Of a stretch of 64,000 bases of DNA, positions 47,017-57,097 are shown piece by piece. This stretch comes from Escherichia phage SF. The notes beneath the pieces are model-generated. The model ran no database searches and was not told the DNA's origin. It saw only the letters and a program-made list of their open reading frames with translations. The position numbers were made by a program, and so were the translations under genes. Location: sequence record MH359124; one strand, written 5' to 3'. The first letter of the stretch is position 1. Each line of letters opens with the position of its first letter.

Positions 47017-47310
47017 ATGGGTAAAACATATCGTCGTAAAGATTTGAAAGTTCGTGATTACGACTATTTTGGTAAACGTAAAGCTCCTGACGGTGTTAGC
47101 CACAAAGACATGGTTGAAAATATTTTCCGCTCAGATAAATGGAAACGTATGAAAGGCGTTGATTCTGAAGTCAAGAATGAAATGAATCGACAACTCCGCA
47201 AAGAAGTTCGTAAGTTGAAAAAAGATGTTTACAGTAAAGAAGATTATGATTATAATACTTCTCATACTGAAGCCAAACGTAAAGCTAACGAATGTTATCG
47301 TTACAGTTGA
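47017..47310 (+). CDS. hypothetical basic protein
   Basis: MGKTYRRKDLKVRDYDYFGKRK. Confidence 0.5.
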   Translation: MGKTYRRKDLKVRDYDYFGKRKAPDGVSHKDMVENIFRSDKWKRMKGVDSEVKNEMNRQLRKEVRKLKKDVYSKEDYDYNTSHTEAKRKANECYRYS

Positions 47311-47317
47311 GGAAATT

Positions 47318-47452
47318 ATGAATATCAAACGAATGCTTTTTAAGCAGGGATTATATACTTTAAATGTTAATCCAAAGGGTGATACAACTAAATGGTCTGT
47401 AAATGACTGGATTAAGTTCATCGATGAAAATGGGGCGTGGAACACAAAATGA
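47318..47452 (+). CDS. small hypothetical protein (44 aa)
   Basis: ATG after GAGGAAAT; MNIKRMLFKQGLYTLN. Confidence 0.4.
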   Translation: MNIKRMLFKQGLYTLNVNPKGDTTKWSVNDWIKFIDENGAWNTK

Positions 47453-47649
47453 ATCCTGAAAATATTGTGTCATGGCAACTTCGTGAAGAACGTGCCGAAT
47501 TCTTTGCCAATATGAAACTCAACGGTATTGAGGACGAAGACTTTTTACGTTGGTTCTGGATTTACAAATACAAAGAATGCCAACATGCTGTGCTATTGAC
47601 TTGCGCAGTTATGTACGAAGGCTGGAAAGGTGCCAAAAAGTTCGGTTAA
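47449..47649 (+). CDS. hypothetical protein
   Basis: MNPENIVSWQLREERAEFF. Confidence 0.45.
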   Translation: MNPENIVSWQLREERAEFFANMKLNGIEDEDFLRWFWIYKYKECQHAVLLTCAVMYEGWKGAKKFG

Positions 47650-47692
47650 TAGTTTACGATGGTAGGAAGATAATAACAGGTCTTCCTATCGT
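47650..47692 (+). promoter_or_regulatory. PeSL-like promoter (GTTTAC; TAGGAAGA / TCTTCCTA arms)
   Basis: taGTTTACgatggTAGGAAGAtaataacaggTCTTCCTAtcg. Confidence 0.55.
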
Positions 47693-47712
47693 CTTAAAAT
47701 GAGGAAAATATC

Positions 47713-47952
47713 ATGGCCCAAGAATTAGATTTTATCAAATTCAAAAAACACCTCGACGTTAAAATTGGTGATTCAATTGTTAGGATTGAGTATGACATTT
47801 TAACAGATGCTATTACTGTTAGATGTGATGGAAATAGTTTCAGCTTCGATACAACCGAAAACAAATACCCGATCTATAAAGGCATTTTTGATATGGGTGT
47901 TGATATTACTCCACGTGATACAAATTACTTACTTTTCATGCTTAAAAAATAG
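47713..47952 (+). CDS. hypothetical protein
   Basis: 79 aa. Confidence 0.5.
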   Translation: MAQELDFIKFKKHLDVKIGDSIVRIEYDILTDAITVRCDGNSFSFDTTENKYPIYKGIFDMGVDITPRDTNYLLFMLKK

Positions 47953-47995
47953 TATACAAACTCTTGAGAGTATAATTCTCTCATTGGATAATAAA
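47951..47995 (+). promoter_or_regulatory. PeSL-like promoter (GTATAC; TATAAT between GAGAG / CTCTC)
   Basis: aGTATACaaactcttGAGAGTATAATTCTCTCattggataataaa; paralog of 17823 element. Confidence 0.6.
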
Positions 47996-48013
47996 ATAAC
48001 CGAGGAAAATAAT

Positions 48014-48346
48014 ATGTCTACTAAAATCAAAAACGTAGTTAATTCTTTCGCTTTCGATAAAGTTGTTGCTCTTCTGGAATCTGGCAATATTGTTACTCCT
48101 CAAGTTCTTGACGCGTGGGAATTCCGTCTTTATGAAATCATGCAAAAACACGACCAGAAAATTGGACGTAATTCTATTCGTGAAATTCTAGTACAATATA
48201 TTCTTTCTGAATTTGACGTTGCCGCATTTGGTGTTGAATCTAAAGCTTATCAGAAACATGAAATCTCTGAAAAGACTATCCGTCGTATGAAAAAACAACG
48301 TAAGAAAAAATTTGTTGACCTGAAAATTGTTAAGGCGGTAAAATGA
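48014..48346 (+). CDS. hypothetical protein
   Basis: MSTKIKNVVNSFAFDK; ATG after GAGG. Confidence 0.55.
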   Translation: MSTKIKNVVNSFAFDKVVALLESGNIVTPQVLDAWEFRLYEIMQKHDQKIGRNSIREILVQYILSEFDVAAFGVESKAYQKHEISEKTIRRMKKQRKKKFVDLKIVKAVK

Positions 48347-48570
48347 GCGTATTAACAGAAACTTTGATTAATGACCTGCGTCTAGCTGGTTACGAAGTTG
48401 GTACAAATAGTCTAGGTCTTCCTCAGATTGAAGGGCCTGGATTTATTTTGGAATACGAATTCAAACAATGGTGGTTATATGCTACGGTTGACGATGCGTT
48501 GAATATTGATTTCGTTGACCAATTTGATTCGCTGGATGCTGCTCTTGAAGCAGCAAAGGAACTAGAATGA
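48343..48570 (+). CDS. hypothetical protein
   Basis: 75 aa. Confidence 0.5.
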   Translation: MSVLTETLINDLRLAGYEVGTNSLGLPQIEGPGFILEYEFKQWWLYATVDDALNIDFVDQFDSLDAALEAAKELE

Positions 48571-48836
48571 AATTAACTCGAATCAGTATAACTGAAGAAA
48601 AGCTGGGCGAATTTTATGTTGACGAATACATGAAAGTCACGTATTTTCCATTCGTTAAAGGTGTTGGTTTTTGGGAAACTCATGTATCTCAATTAAACGA
48701 AGGCGACTATAACGAAACACATGAGAACTTTTTAGATTTTCTTTATAATGCCGGTCTTACTGAGCTTTATATCGATATCCATGAGTTCAAACGTTTAATG
48801 GAAAAAGTGTTTCAGGCTTATTGTTTGCTCCGATAG
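48567..48836 (+). CDS. hypothetical protein
   Basis: 89 aa. Confidence 0.5.
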   Translation: MKLTRISITEEKLGEFYVDEYMKVTYFPFVKGVGFWETHVSQLNEGDYNETHENFLDFLYNAGLTELYIDIHEFKRLMEKVFQAYCLLR

Positions 48837-48839
48837 TAT

Positions 48840-48890
48840 CTCGTGCTTTAAGATAGGTCTCTAAATATTATGATATAATAGACCTATGAA
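48840..48890 (+). promoter_or_regulatory. promoter with stem-loop upstream of gene 55 (TATAAT between ATAGGTCT / AGACCTAT)
   Basis: gtgctttaagATAGGTCTctaaatattatgaTATAATAGACCTATgaa. Confidence 0.5.
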
Positions 48891-48908
48891 TTGAGCTAAG
48901 AGGTACTT

Positions 48909-49466
48909 ATGACTGAACAAAAACCTAAAAATAACTATGTGAATAATAAAGAGCTTCTCGCCGCTATAATCGAGTGGAAAAAGGAGCTCTTAAATAATAA
49001 AGACCCAAACAAAATTATTCGTCAGAATGATACCATCGGTTTAGCAATTATGCTTATCGCCGAAGGCCTATCCAAACGTTTCAACTTTTCAGGATATACC
49101 CAATCTTGGAAGCAGGAGATGATTGCAGATGGGATTGAAGCCTCTATTAAGGGACTTCATAATTTCGACGAAACCAAGTACAATAACCCACATGCATACA
49201 TAACTCGAGCTTGTTTTAATGCTTTTGTCCAACGTATCAAAAAAGAACGTAAGGAAGTTGCAAAGAAATATAGTTACTTCGTTCATAACGTCTACGACAG
49301 TCATGACGATGATATGGTAGCGTTGGTAGATGAAACGTTTATTCAAGACATCTACGATAAAATGACGCATTATGAAGAATCCGCTTATAAAGCTCCTGGG
49401 GCTGAAAAGAAGGAAGTTGTTAGCGATTCGCCTAGTTTGGATTTTTTATATGAGGATGACAATTGA
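48909..49466 (+). CDS. 55: late-transcription sigma factor gp55
   Basis: 185 aa; [49 protein letters not shown]; matches T4 gp55. Confidence 0.95.
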   Translation: MTEQKPKNNYVNNKELLAAIIEWKKELLNNKDPNKIIRQNDTIGLAIMLIAEGLSKRFNFSGYTQSWKQEMIADGIEASIKGLHNFDETKYNNPHAYITRACFNAFVQRIKKERKEVAKKYSYFVHNVYDSHDDDMVALVDETFIQDIYDKMTHYEESAYKAPGAEKKEVVSDSPSLDFLYEDDN

Positions 49467-49665
49467 CATCTCTAACTACTTAGAAGAACCTTTTGACGAA
49501 GCAATCCCTTATTTGGTAAAACTGTTGGGTCGTGAATTTAAAATTAATTTTGACATCGACCCTTTGAACCCACATGACGTGTCATTTTCGATAAATGGGA
49601 CTCCGGTTGAGTATGAGTTCTGTATTGAAGAGGATGGACGTTTTTATTTTAATTTAATGAGATAA
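49456..49665 (+). CDS. hypothetical protein
   Basis: Internal ATG start [13 protein letters not shown]. Confidence 0.5.
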   Translation: MTIDISNYLEEPFDEAIPYLVKLLGREFKINFDIDPLNPHDVSFSINGTPVEYEFCIEEDGRFYFNLMR

Positions 49666-49666
49666 T

Positions 49667-49990
49667 ATGACTACCGAGATTATTGAAAATAAAGAAGCGG
49701 AAGATGCAGTAGCTAAAATGCTACAAGAAATCCAAAAGAAAAATGAAGCTGAAGCACGTAAAAAATCCGAAAAGATTCTTAAAAAGAATCGTTTTGAACT
49801 AAACCGTCTTTATGCTCATGCTCAAGAAGCAGCAATTCAAAACAACTTCGAAGCTTATGAATATGCTATTAAGAAATCTCGGGATATTCTACGACAACCA
49901 TATAATGACAAGTTAATTAAAATCCAGTGGGTTACTACTCGTCAGGCTATTGAGGACATCATTAATGGCGCTAGTTCAAACAAAGTTTAA
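49667..49990 (+). CDS. hypothetical protein
   Basis: 107 aa. Confidence 0.5.
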   Translation: MTTEIIENKEAEDAVAKMLQEIQKKNEAEARKKSEKILKKNRFELNRLYAHAQEAAIQNNFEAYEYAIKKSRDILRQPYNDKLIKIQWVTTRQAIEDIINGASSNKV

Positions 49991-50171
49991 ACGTCTTAAT
50001 CTGAACGCAGGATTCACCCTTAAATTGGGAGGTCCTCTTTGTGTTAAAATTTCCGAAAAGGAATATCACGACGGTTCTATTACAGAAATTTGTCCGCCTA
50101 TTGTAAAGGCAGACCCAAAACAACTCGTGTGGGTTGATTCATTTCAAGTTAAGAAATGGTGGAAACGATGA
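49965..50171 (+). CDS. hypothetical protein
   Basis: MALVQTKFKRLNL. Confidence 0.4.
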   Translation: MALVQTKFKRLNLNAGFTLKLGGPLCVKISEKEYHDGSITEICPPIVKADPKQLVWVDSFQVKKWWKR

Positions 50172-50210
50172 GAGAAATCGATTTAGGTATTTTCTGAGAG
50201 GTGATTATGC

Positions 50211-50384
50211 ATGACGAACGACCCGACCTCTGAAAATTTCGATAAAATCCGTAAAGGCAAAGCAGAAAGAATGAGACGTTTTAAAGAGTCTTATGATAAA
50301 GCTAAAGCCGAAGGAACTATTACATACAAGCCCATTCGATTTAAAAGTTCAAATGAGCCTCTGTACGGTGTACTATGTGGATAG
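50211..50384 (+). CDS. small basic protein (57 aa)
   Basis: ATG after GAGGTGATT; MTNDPTSENFDKIRKGKAERMRRFK; followed by terminator. Confidence 0.45.
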   Translation: MTNDPTSENFDKIRKGKAERMRRFKESYDKAKAEGTITYKPIRFKSSNEPLYGVLCG

Positions 50385-50410
50385 GAACTCTTCGGAGTTC
50401 CTTTTTTTTT
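50383..50410 (+). terminator. rho-independent terminator AGGAACTC-TTCG-GAGTTCCT-T9
   Basis: 8 bp stem, tetraloop, nine Ts. Confidence 0.8.
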
Positions 50411-50456
50411 GCTTTATAAACGGATGATAGAATGAATTAACTAATGAGGAAATAAT

Positions 50457-51476
50457 ATGAAAATTTTGCACTTAGGCGACTTCCATATCGGAGTCAAACA
50501 AGACGACCCATGGGTTCAAGATATTCAACGTGATGGTATTCGTCAAGCAATTGAATACTCTAAGAAACACGGGATTAAAACTTGGATTCAATACGGTGAC
50601 TGGTTTGACGTCCGTAAAGCAATAACACATCGTACAATGGAATTCAATCGTGAAATCGTTGATATGATTTCTAAAGCAGGCATTCACGTTCATGTCACGA
50701 TAGGAAACCATGACATGGCGTTTAAGAATACAATAACACCTAACACTGTTTCCGAATTGTTAACTCAATTTGAAAACTTTACTATTTACGAGCATCCAAC
50801 TACTGTAGATTTTGACGGATGTCTGATTGATATCGTTCCATGGATGTGTGAAGAAAATACAGGTGAAATCTTAGAGCACATCAAGACTTCTTCCGCAGCG
50901 TATTGTGTTGGGCACTGGGAACTGAATGGCTTTTATTTCTATAAAGGAATGAAGTCTCATGGGCTTGAACCTGATTTCTTAAAGACTTATAAACAAGTCT
51001 GGTCCGGCCACTTCCACACAATCTCTGAAGCTGCTAACGTCAAATATATTGGGACACCATGGACCCTTACTGCAGGTGATGAGAACGACCCGCGCGGATT
51101 CTGGGTATTTGACACTGATGTTGAACGTATGGAATTTATTCCTAATGAAACAACATGGCATCGACGAATCACTTATCCGTTTAAAGGCAAAATCAATTAT
51201 TCTGATTATACTAATATAGCCTTACGTGTTATAGTATCAGAAATTGATTCAGAGTTGACTAAGTTTGAATCTGAACTTGAAAAAGTAGTTCACTCTCTTC
51301 GTATGGTTTCTAAAGTTGATAACAGTGTTGAATCTGATGACGACCAGGAAATCGAGATTAAATCACTTCAAGATATCATTAAAGAATATATTGACGCGAT
51401 TCCAGATATCTCAGACGAAGACAGAGAAGTGCTGGTCAAATATTCCAACGAACTTTATATTGAGGCAACACAATGA
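50457..51476 (+). CDS. 47: recombination endonuclease subunit gp47 (Mre11-like)
   Basis: 339 aa; MKILHLGDFHIG and GNHD phosphoesterase motifs; matches T4 gp47. Confidence 0.95.
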   Translation: MKILHLGDFHIGVKQDDPWVQDIQRDGIRQAIEYSKKHGIKTWIQYGDWFDVRKAITHRTMEFNREIVDMISKAGIHVHVTIGNHDMAFKNTITPNTVSELLTQFENFTIYEHPTTVDFDGCLIDIVPWMCEENTGEILEHIKTSSAAYCVGHWELNGFYFYKGMKSHGLEPDFLKTYKQVWSGHFHTISEAANVKYIGTPWTLTAGDENDPRGFWVFDTDVERMEFIPNETTWHRRITYPFKGKINYSDYTNIALRVIVSEIDSELTKFESELEKVVHSLRMVSKVDNSVESDDDQEIEIKSLQDIIKEYIDAIPDISDEDREVLVKYSNELYIEATQ

Positions 51477-51730
51477 CTTTAGATGAATTTAACAATGCTG
51501 GGCTTGGGCTTGAAGTTGAAATGGACGTTAAAGATGATGATGGATTCGAGAACACTATCAAGTATTGGATTGAGCCATTACGCGTTGAAGGCAATGAAGT
51601 TAAAGCAGTTCATGTCTGCACCGACTGGGCTATTGAATTTAGCTTTAATATAATGGACAACGATACTCCTGGCTCTATTCTTAAAATGGCTGAAGCGTGT
51701 ATTGAGGATGCGTATAATGACGAAGACTGA
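51473..51730 (+). CDS. hypothetical protein
   Basis: 85 aa acidic. Confidence 0.5.
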   Translation: MTLDEFNNAGLGLEVEMDVKDDDGFENTIKYWIEPLRVEGNEVKAVHVCTDWAIEFSFNIMDNDTPGSILKMAEACIEDAYNDED

Positions 51731-51956
51731 TTATGAAATCCATCGTCATGAATTTAGTATTGGTGACGGTTATATTGGTATTGTTGAATGGACTGAGAAT
51801 TACGAGGAATCAACTCCTCGTTTCTTTGGAACAATGTATGTTACCTGTGAGTACGCGCCGGGTGTTGTTATGTATGCAGAACTAGATGAATATTTTGCTG
51901 ATAGAGATGACATGTTAAAATATGTAGAGGACTTCATTCGAAGAGAATACATATGA
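51717..51956 (+). CDS. hypothetical protein
   Basis: MTKTDYEIHRHEF. Confidence 0.5.
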   Translation: MTKTDYEIHRHEFSIGDGYIGIVEWTENYEESTPRFFGTMYVTCEYAPGVVMYAELDEYFADRDDMLKYVEDFIRREYI

Positions 51957-53641
51957 AATCATTTAAATTAAATCGTGTTCGTTATCAAAACATCATGTCG
52001 GTAGGTGGGAATCCTATTGACATCCAATTAGATAAAGTCCAAAAGACATTAATCACTGGTAAAAATGGTGGTGGTAAATCTACGATGTTAGAAGCCATTA
52101 CTTTCGGACTTTTCGGTAAACCATTTCGTGATGTTAAGAAAGGACAAATCATTAATAGCACGAACAAGAAAGAGCTCTTAGTTGAGCTTTGGATGGAATT
52201 CGATGGTAAAAAATACTTCATTAAACGCGGCCAAAAGCCCAATATTTTCGAAATCTCCGTTGACGGTGTTCGTCTTGATGAATCTGCCAGCAGTCGTGAC
52301 TTCCAAGAAGAATTTGAACGTAGCATCGGAATGTCATACGCGTCTTTTAAACAAATCGTTGTGCTTGGGACGGCAGGGTATACCCCTTTCATGGCTCTTA
52401 GCACCCCTGCTCGTAGAAAACTTGTCGAAGACCTTTTAGAAGTCGGCACACTCGCTGAAATGGATAAAATCAATAAGTCTCTAGTTCGAGAACTTAATTC
52501 CCAGGGGCAAGTTCTCGATGCCAAGAAAGATGGTGTTATCCAACAAATTAAGATTTATAACGAGAATATCGAACGTCAAAAGAAATTATCTGGCGATAAT
52601 GTAGCGCGTCTACAGAATATGTATGACGACCTAGCCAAAGAAGCTCGTTCATTAAAAGCAGAAATTGAAGAAGCTAACGAGCGTCTACTTAATATCGTTC
52701 TTGATGAAGACCCTACTGAGGCATTCAACAAGATCGGACAAGAAGCATTCTTGATTAAATCTAAAATCGACTCATATAACAAAGTTATTAAGATGTATCA
52801 TGACGGTGGTACATGTCCTACTTGTGCATCACAGTTGCACCAGGGTGATCCTATTGTCTCTAAGATTACCAATAAGCTTCAAGAATGTAATCACTCATTC
52901 GAGCAACTTACATGTCACAGAGATAATCTGAGTGTCCTAGTGGACGAATATAGAGCTAATGTTAAGACTAAACAGGACCTTGCATCTGATATTCGTACCA
53001 AGAAACAAGCAATGATTGCCACTATTGATAAAGCTAAGAAAGTTAAAGCTGCAATAGAACAAGCCTCAGCTGAATTTATCGACCATGCTGATGAGATAGC
53101 TTTGCTTCAAAAAGAACTTGATAAAATCATTAAAACAAAATCGGATATCGTTCTTGAAAAATACCATCGTGGTATTATCACAGATATGTTAAAAGATTCT
53201 GGTATTAAAGGTGCTATCATTAAAAAATATGTGCCTCTGTTCAACAAGCAGATTAACCATTATCTTAAAATCATGGAAGCTGATTATGTGTTTTCTATTG
53301 ACGAAGAATTCAATGAATCTATAAAATCACGTGGTCGTGAAGATTTTAGTTATGCTTCATTTAGTCAAGGTGAAAAGGCCCGTATCGATATCGCGTTGTT
53401 GTTTACATGGCGAGATATTGCTGAAAAGGTCTCTGGTGTTAAAATCAACACTCTGATTCTTGATGAGGTTTTTGATGGTGCTGTCGATTCTGAGGCTGTT
53501 AAGGCTATAGATACCATTCTTGGAAGTTTACAAAATACTAATGTGTTCATTATCTCTCATCGAGACCATGACCCTCAACGTTATGGACAACATCTTCAGA
53601 TGAGCAAAGTTGGACGATTTACTGTAATGACCGTTTCATAA
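51953..53641 (+). CDS. 46: recombination endonuclease subunit gp46 (Rad50-like ATPase)
   Basis: 562 aa; Walker A GKNGGGKST, coiled coil, CPTC zinc hook, D-loop LILDEVFDG. Confidence 0.95.
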   Translation: MKSFKLNRVRYQNIMSVGGNPIDIQLDKVQKTLITGKNGGGKSTMLEAITFGLFGKPFRDVKKGQIINSTNKKELLVELWMEFDGKKYFIKRGQKPNIFEISVDGVRLDESASSRDFQEEFERSIGMSYASFKQIVVLGTAGYTPFMALSTPARRKLVEDLLEVGTLAEMDKINKSLVRELNSQGQVLDAKKDGVIQQIKIYNENIERQKKLSGDNVARLQNMYDDLAKEARSLKAEIEEANERLLNIVLDEDPTEAFNKIGQEAFLIKSKIDSYNKVIKMYHDGGTCPTCASQLHQGDPIVSKITNKLQECNHSFEQLTCHRDNLSVLVDEYRANVKTKQDLASDIRTKKQAMIATIDKAKKVKAAIEQASAEFIDHADEIALLQKELDKIIKTKSDIVLEKYHRGIITDMLKDSGIKGAIIKKYVPLFNKQINHYLKIMEADYVFSIDEEFNESIKSRGREDFSYASFSQGEKARIDIALLFTWRDIAEKVSGVKINTLILDEVFDGAVDSEAVKAIDTILGSLQNTNVFIISHRDHDPQRYGQHLQMSKVGRFTVMTVS

Positions 53642-53642
53642 A

Positions 53643-53680
53643 CGCTTTAACACGATGTGGTTATAATGACCACATCAAAT
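53643..53680 (+). promoter_or_regulatory. PeSL-like promoter (TATAAT between GATGTGGT / ACCACATC)
   Basis: gctttaacacGATGTGGTTATAATgACCACATCaaa. Confidence 0.55.
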
Positions 53681-53695
53681 TAAATGGAGAACAAC

Positions 53696-53884
53696 ATGGA
53701 GTATTCAACCGGTCAACATCTTCTCGTTGTCCCTGAAATTAAAAAATATGTTTTGACCAATACGTTTTCAGGTGAAGAACATATTGTTACTGAACAAATG
53801 CTCAAATCTGCTTTTAAAGATGAGTATAATAAAATAATGTCTAATCGCAATTCCGCATGGACAGTTACCGACTTCTACGAATAA
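53696..53884 (+). CDS. hypothetical protein
   Basis: ATG after GGAG; MEYSTGQHLLVVPEIKK. Confidence 0.5.
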   Translation: MEYSTGQHLLVVPEIKKYVLTNTFSGEEHIVTEQMLKSAFKDEYNKIMSNRNSAWTVTDFYE

Positions 53885-53896
53885 GAGAGAAATAAT

Positions 53897-54313
53897 ATGT
53901 TTACTACTGCTAAAGGTTTCACTGCTGCTGATCTGAAAGTTACTTCTATCCGTACTGACGCTAACCCACATAACCATAATCGTGTTCGTAAAGCATGGGT
54001 CCTGCATTGTGATGACGCAAGTGCTAAAAAACTCCAATCTTTGCCGCAAGAAACTCGTTTTATGATTTATGGTTTTATTGATAACGATGTATCTGATATG
54101 TGGATTCATCTGATGCGTAAGCACTATAAAGATTCTATTGAAGCCGGCGGAAAAATCGTTCTTGATAAAGATGGTTCTGAGCGTCTGGAAGATTTCTACT
54201 GTGTTGATGCCGACGAACAACTAATTGCAGCTGGCGAAATTGTTGCTTCTAAAATTCCAGAATATATTGAATCACTGCCTGAAGCTATTAAAAAGCAGAT
54301 GGTTTCTGCTTAA
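53897..54313 (+). CDS. hypothetical protein (position of T4 rpbA between 46 and 45)
   Basis: 138 aa; name by position only. Confidence 0.55.
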   Translation: MFTTAKGFTAADLKVTSIRTDANPHNHNRVRKAWVLHCDDASAKKLQSLPQETRFMIYGFIDNDVSDMWIHLMRKHYKDSIEAGGKIVLDKDGSERLEDFYCVDADEQLIAAGEIVASKIPEYIESLPEAIKKQMVSA

Positions 54314-54330
54314 TAAATTTGTTATAAACT
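54305..54330 (+). promoter_or_regulatory. middle-promoter-like element (MotA box TGCTTAA) upstream of gene 45
   Basis: ttcTGCTTAAtaaatttgtTATAAAct; T4 gene 45 has a middle promoter. Confidence 0.4.
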
Positions 54331-54355
54331 TTGAATTGTCTTGAAAGGAAATAAA

Positions 54356-55042
54356 ATGAAACTGTCTAAAGATACTATCGCTATTCTGAAAAACTTTGCC
54401 TCTATTAACTCCGGCATTCTGCTGAGTCAAGGTAAATTTATTATGACTCGTGCAGTTAATGGCACCACTTATGCGGAAGCAAATATCTCTGATGAAATTG
54501 ATTTTGACGTAGCACTTTACGATTTGAATAGCTTCTTAAGCATTTTGAGTCTAGTGTCTGATGATGCTGAAATTTCAATGCACACTGATGGCAATATTAA
54601 AATTGCAGACACACGTTCCACAGTTTATTGGCCTGCCGCTGACAAGAGCACCATTGTTTTTCCTAATAAGCCAATTCAATTCCCAGTGGCTTCTGTGATT
54701 ACTGAAATTAAAGCTGAAGACCTTCAACAATTGCTTCGAGTTTCACGTGGTCTTCAGATTGATACAATTGCTATTACAAATAAAGATGGTAAAATTGTTA
54801 TTAATGGCTATAATAAAGTTGAAGATTCTGGACTAACTCGTCCTAAGTATTCTTTGACTCTTACCGATTATGATGGTTCTAACAATTTTAACTTCGTAAT
54901 CAATATGGCTAATATGAAAATCCAGCCAGGTAACTATAAAGTAATGTTGTGGGGAGCTGGTGATAAAGTTGCAGCCAAGTTTGAAAGCCCTCAAGTAAGT
55001 TATGTTATTGCGATGGAAGCCGATTCTACTCACGACTTCTAA
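54356..55042 (+). CDS. 45: sliding clamp gp45
   Basis: MKLSKDTIAILKNFASINSGILL; 228 aa; matches T4 gp45. Confidence 0.95.
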   Translation: MKLSKDTIAILKNFASINSGILLSQGKFIMTRAVNGTTYAEANISDEIDFDVALYDLNSFLSILSLVSDDAEISMHTDGNIKIADTRSTVYWPAADKSTIVFPNKPIQFPVASVITEIKAEDLQQLLRVSRGLQIDTIAITNKDGKIVINGYNKVEDSGLTRPKYSLTLTDYDGSNNFNFVINMANMKIQPGNYKVMLWGAGDKVAAKFESPQVSYVIAMEADSTHDF

Positions 55043-55046
55043 GTCA

Positions 55047-55092
55047 AAGCTTTACGTTTAATGTAGTACTATTATGGAGGAGAAATCCTCCA
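55047..55092 (+). promoter_or_regulatory. promoter-like element plus hairpin GGAGGA-GAAA-TCCTCC upstream of gene 44
   Basis: gCTTTACgtttaatgtagTACTATtatGGAGGAgaaaTCCTCCag. Confidence 0.4.
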
Positions 55093-55117
55093 GTTTAATG
55101 ATAATGAGGAAAATTAC

Positions 55118-56080
55118 ATGATTACTATCAATTCCAAAGAACACATTCTAGAACAGAAATATCGTCCTTCTTCCATTGACGAATGTATTCTGCCTGCATA
55201 TGACCATGAAACATTCAAGTCTTTAGTATCTAAAGGAAAACTTCCTCATATTATTTTACACTCTCCATCTCCTGGTACCGGTAAAACAACCGTGGCAAAA
55301 GCATTATGTAACGATATCAACGCTGAAATGATGTTCGTCAACGGTTCTGATTGTAAAATTGATTTTGTACGCGGTCCGTTAACTGCATTTGCTCGTTCAG
55401 TCTCAATGGAAGGCAAGCCGAAAGTTATTGTTATCGATGAATTTGACCGTAGTGGCCTCGCCGAATCACAACGGCACCTTCGTACATTCATGGAAGAATT
55501 CTCTAGTAACTGTTCTATTATTATTACTGCTAACAACATCGATGGAATTATTGAACCATTACGTAGTCGTTGTCGAGTTATCGAATTCGGACGTCCAACT
55601 GAAGAAGATAAAATCTCGATGATGAAGAAAATGATTCATCGTATGGTTGAAATCTGTAAGAACGAAAATATCGAAATCGCCGATATGAAAGTTGTTGCAG
55701 CTCTGGTTAAAAAGAACTTCCCGGACTTTCGTCGTACAATTGGTCAATTAGACCAGTACTCGTCTAAAGGTGTTCTTGATGCAGGTATTTTGTCTATCGT
55801 AACTAATGACCGTGGCACAGTCTCTGATGTTATTGAAGCAATGAAGAACAAAGATATCAAACAGCTTCGTGCATTAGCTCCAAAATATGCCGCAGATTAT
55901 TCATGGTTCATCGATAAATTAGTTTCAGAATGTTATGACCAAGTTACACCTGGTAAAAGTATTATTTCGCTTTATGAAATTGCAGGCGAAAACAATAAGT
56001 TTCATGGATTAGCAAGTAATATTGAATTACATGTTATGTATATGCTTCTTCAACTGACCTGCGAACTGACTTGGAAATAA
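55118..56080 (+). CDS. 44: clamp loader large subunit gp44
   Basis: 320 aa; Walker [15 protein letters not shown] box. Confidence 0.95.
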   Translation: MITINSKEHILEQKYRPSSIDECILPAYDHETFKSLVSKGKLPHIILHSPSPGTGKTTVAKALCNDINAEMMFVNGSDCKIDFVRGPLTAFARSVSMEGKPKVIVIDEFDRSGLAESQRHLRTFMEEFSSNCSIIITANNIDGIIEPLRSRCRVIEFGRPTEEDKISMMKKMIHRMVEICKNENIEIADMKVVAALVKKNFPDFRRTIGQLDQYSSKGVLDAGILSIVTNDRGTVSDVIEAMKNKDIKQLRALAPKYAADYSWFIDKLVSECYDQVTPGKSIISLYEIAGENNKFHGLASNIELHVMYMLLQLTCELTWK

Positions 56081-56081
56081 T

Positions 56082-56645
56082 ATGAACTTATTCGATGATG
56101 ACGTCCGGCTTAACGAGCACCAAATTGCATGGAAGTCTAATGACGCTGATGCGATTCAAAAATGTGCTGATATGTTTAAAGAAAAACCCGAGAATGAATT
56201 CTTTAAAATCATTAATGCTATTAATGAAAAGAAATCTATGTCAATTGCTCAGGTCGACTACTCAAAATTTATGGTTGAGAACTCATTATCCCAGTTCCCA
56301 GAATGTATGCCAGCTGTTTACATGATGAACTTAGTCGGTTCTGAATTAAGTGATGAAGCGCATTTCAACTATATGATGGCGGCAATTCCGCGTGGTCGTC
56401 GATTCTCTAAATGGGCTAAACTAGTCGAAGACACTTCAGAGTTACTAGTTATCAAACTGTTGATGAAACATTACACAATCAACATGAATGATGCTACTGA
56501 GTATAAGCGGCTCCTTGAAAAAAATAACAAGTTGCCAATAGTCCTTAAAGAACTGAAGGCCATGGTCACTGATGAATTTCTCAAAGAAGTTACAAAAAAT
56601 GTGAAAGAACAAAAACAATTTAAAAAATTAGCATTGGAATGGTAA
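56082..56645 (+). CDS. 62: clamp loader small subunit gp62
   Basis: 187 aa; between 44 and regA. Confidence 0.9.
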   Translation: MNLFDDDVRLNEHQIAWKSNDADAIQKCADMFKEKPENEFFKIINAINEKKSMSIAQVDYSKFMVENSLSQFPECMPAVYMMNLVGSELSDEAHFNYMMAAIPRGRRFSKWAKLVEDTSELLVIKLLMKHYTINMNDATEYKRLLEKNNKLPIVLKELKAMVTDEFLKEVTKNVKEQKQFKKLALEW

Positions 56646-56647
56646 AA

Positions 56648-57016
56648 ATGATTGAAATTAAATTGAAGAACCCTGAAGATTTTCTGAAAGTCAAAGAGAC
56701 TCTGACCCGTATGGGCATCGCTAATAACAAGGATAAAGTCCTTTACCAATCTTGTCATATCCTCCAAAAGCAAGGTAAGTACTATATCGTCCACTTTAAA
56801 GAAATGTTGCGTATGGATGGACGTCAGGTTGATATTGACGGTGAAGATTATCAGAGACGTGATTCGATTGCTCAGTTGCTTGAGGACTGGGGATTGATTG
56901 TTATTGAAGACTCTGCTCGTGAAGATCTATTTAGCCTGACTAATAACTTCCGAGTTATCTCTTTTAAACAGAAAGATGACTGGACTTTGAAAGCAAAATA
57001 TACAATTGGTAATTAA
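56648..57016 (+). CDS. regA: translational repressor RegA
   Basis: MIEIKLKNPEDFLKVKETLTRMGIANNKDKVLYQSCHILQK; 122 aa; matches T4 RegA. Confidence 0.92.
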   Translation: MIEIKLKNPEDFLKVKETLTRMGIANNKDKVLYQSCHILQKQGKYYIVHFKEMLRMDGRQVDIDGEDYQRRDSIAQLLEDWGLIVIEDSAREDLFSLTNNFRVISFKQKDDWTLKAKYTIGN

Positions 57017-57020
57017 AGCA

Positions 57021-57040
57021 ATGGGACTTCGGTCCCATTT
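57021..57040 (+). terminator. stem-loop ATGGGAC-TTCG-GTCCCAT
   Basis: Perfect hairpin after regA stop; short T tract; TATAAT follows at 57045. Confidence 0.45.
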
Positions 57041-57097
57041 GGAGTATAATAAGTTCATCAACAAACAAAAGACAATAACTCGTCTAAAGGAAATTAA

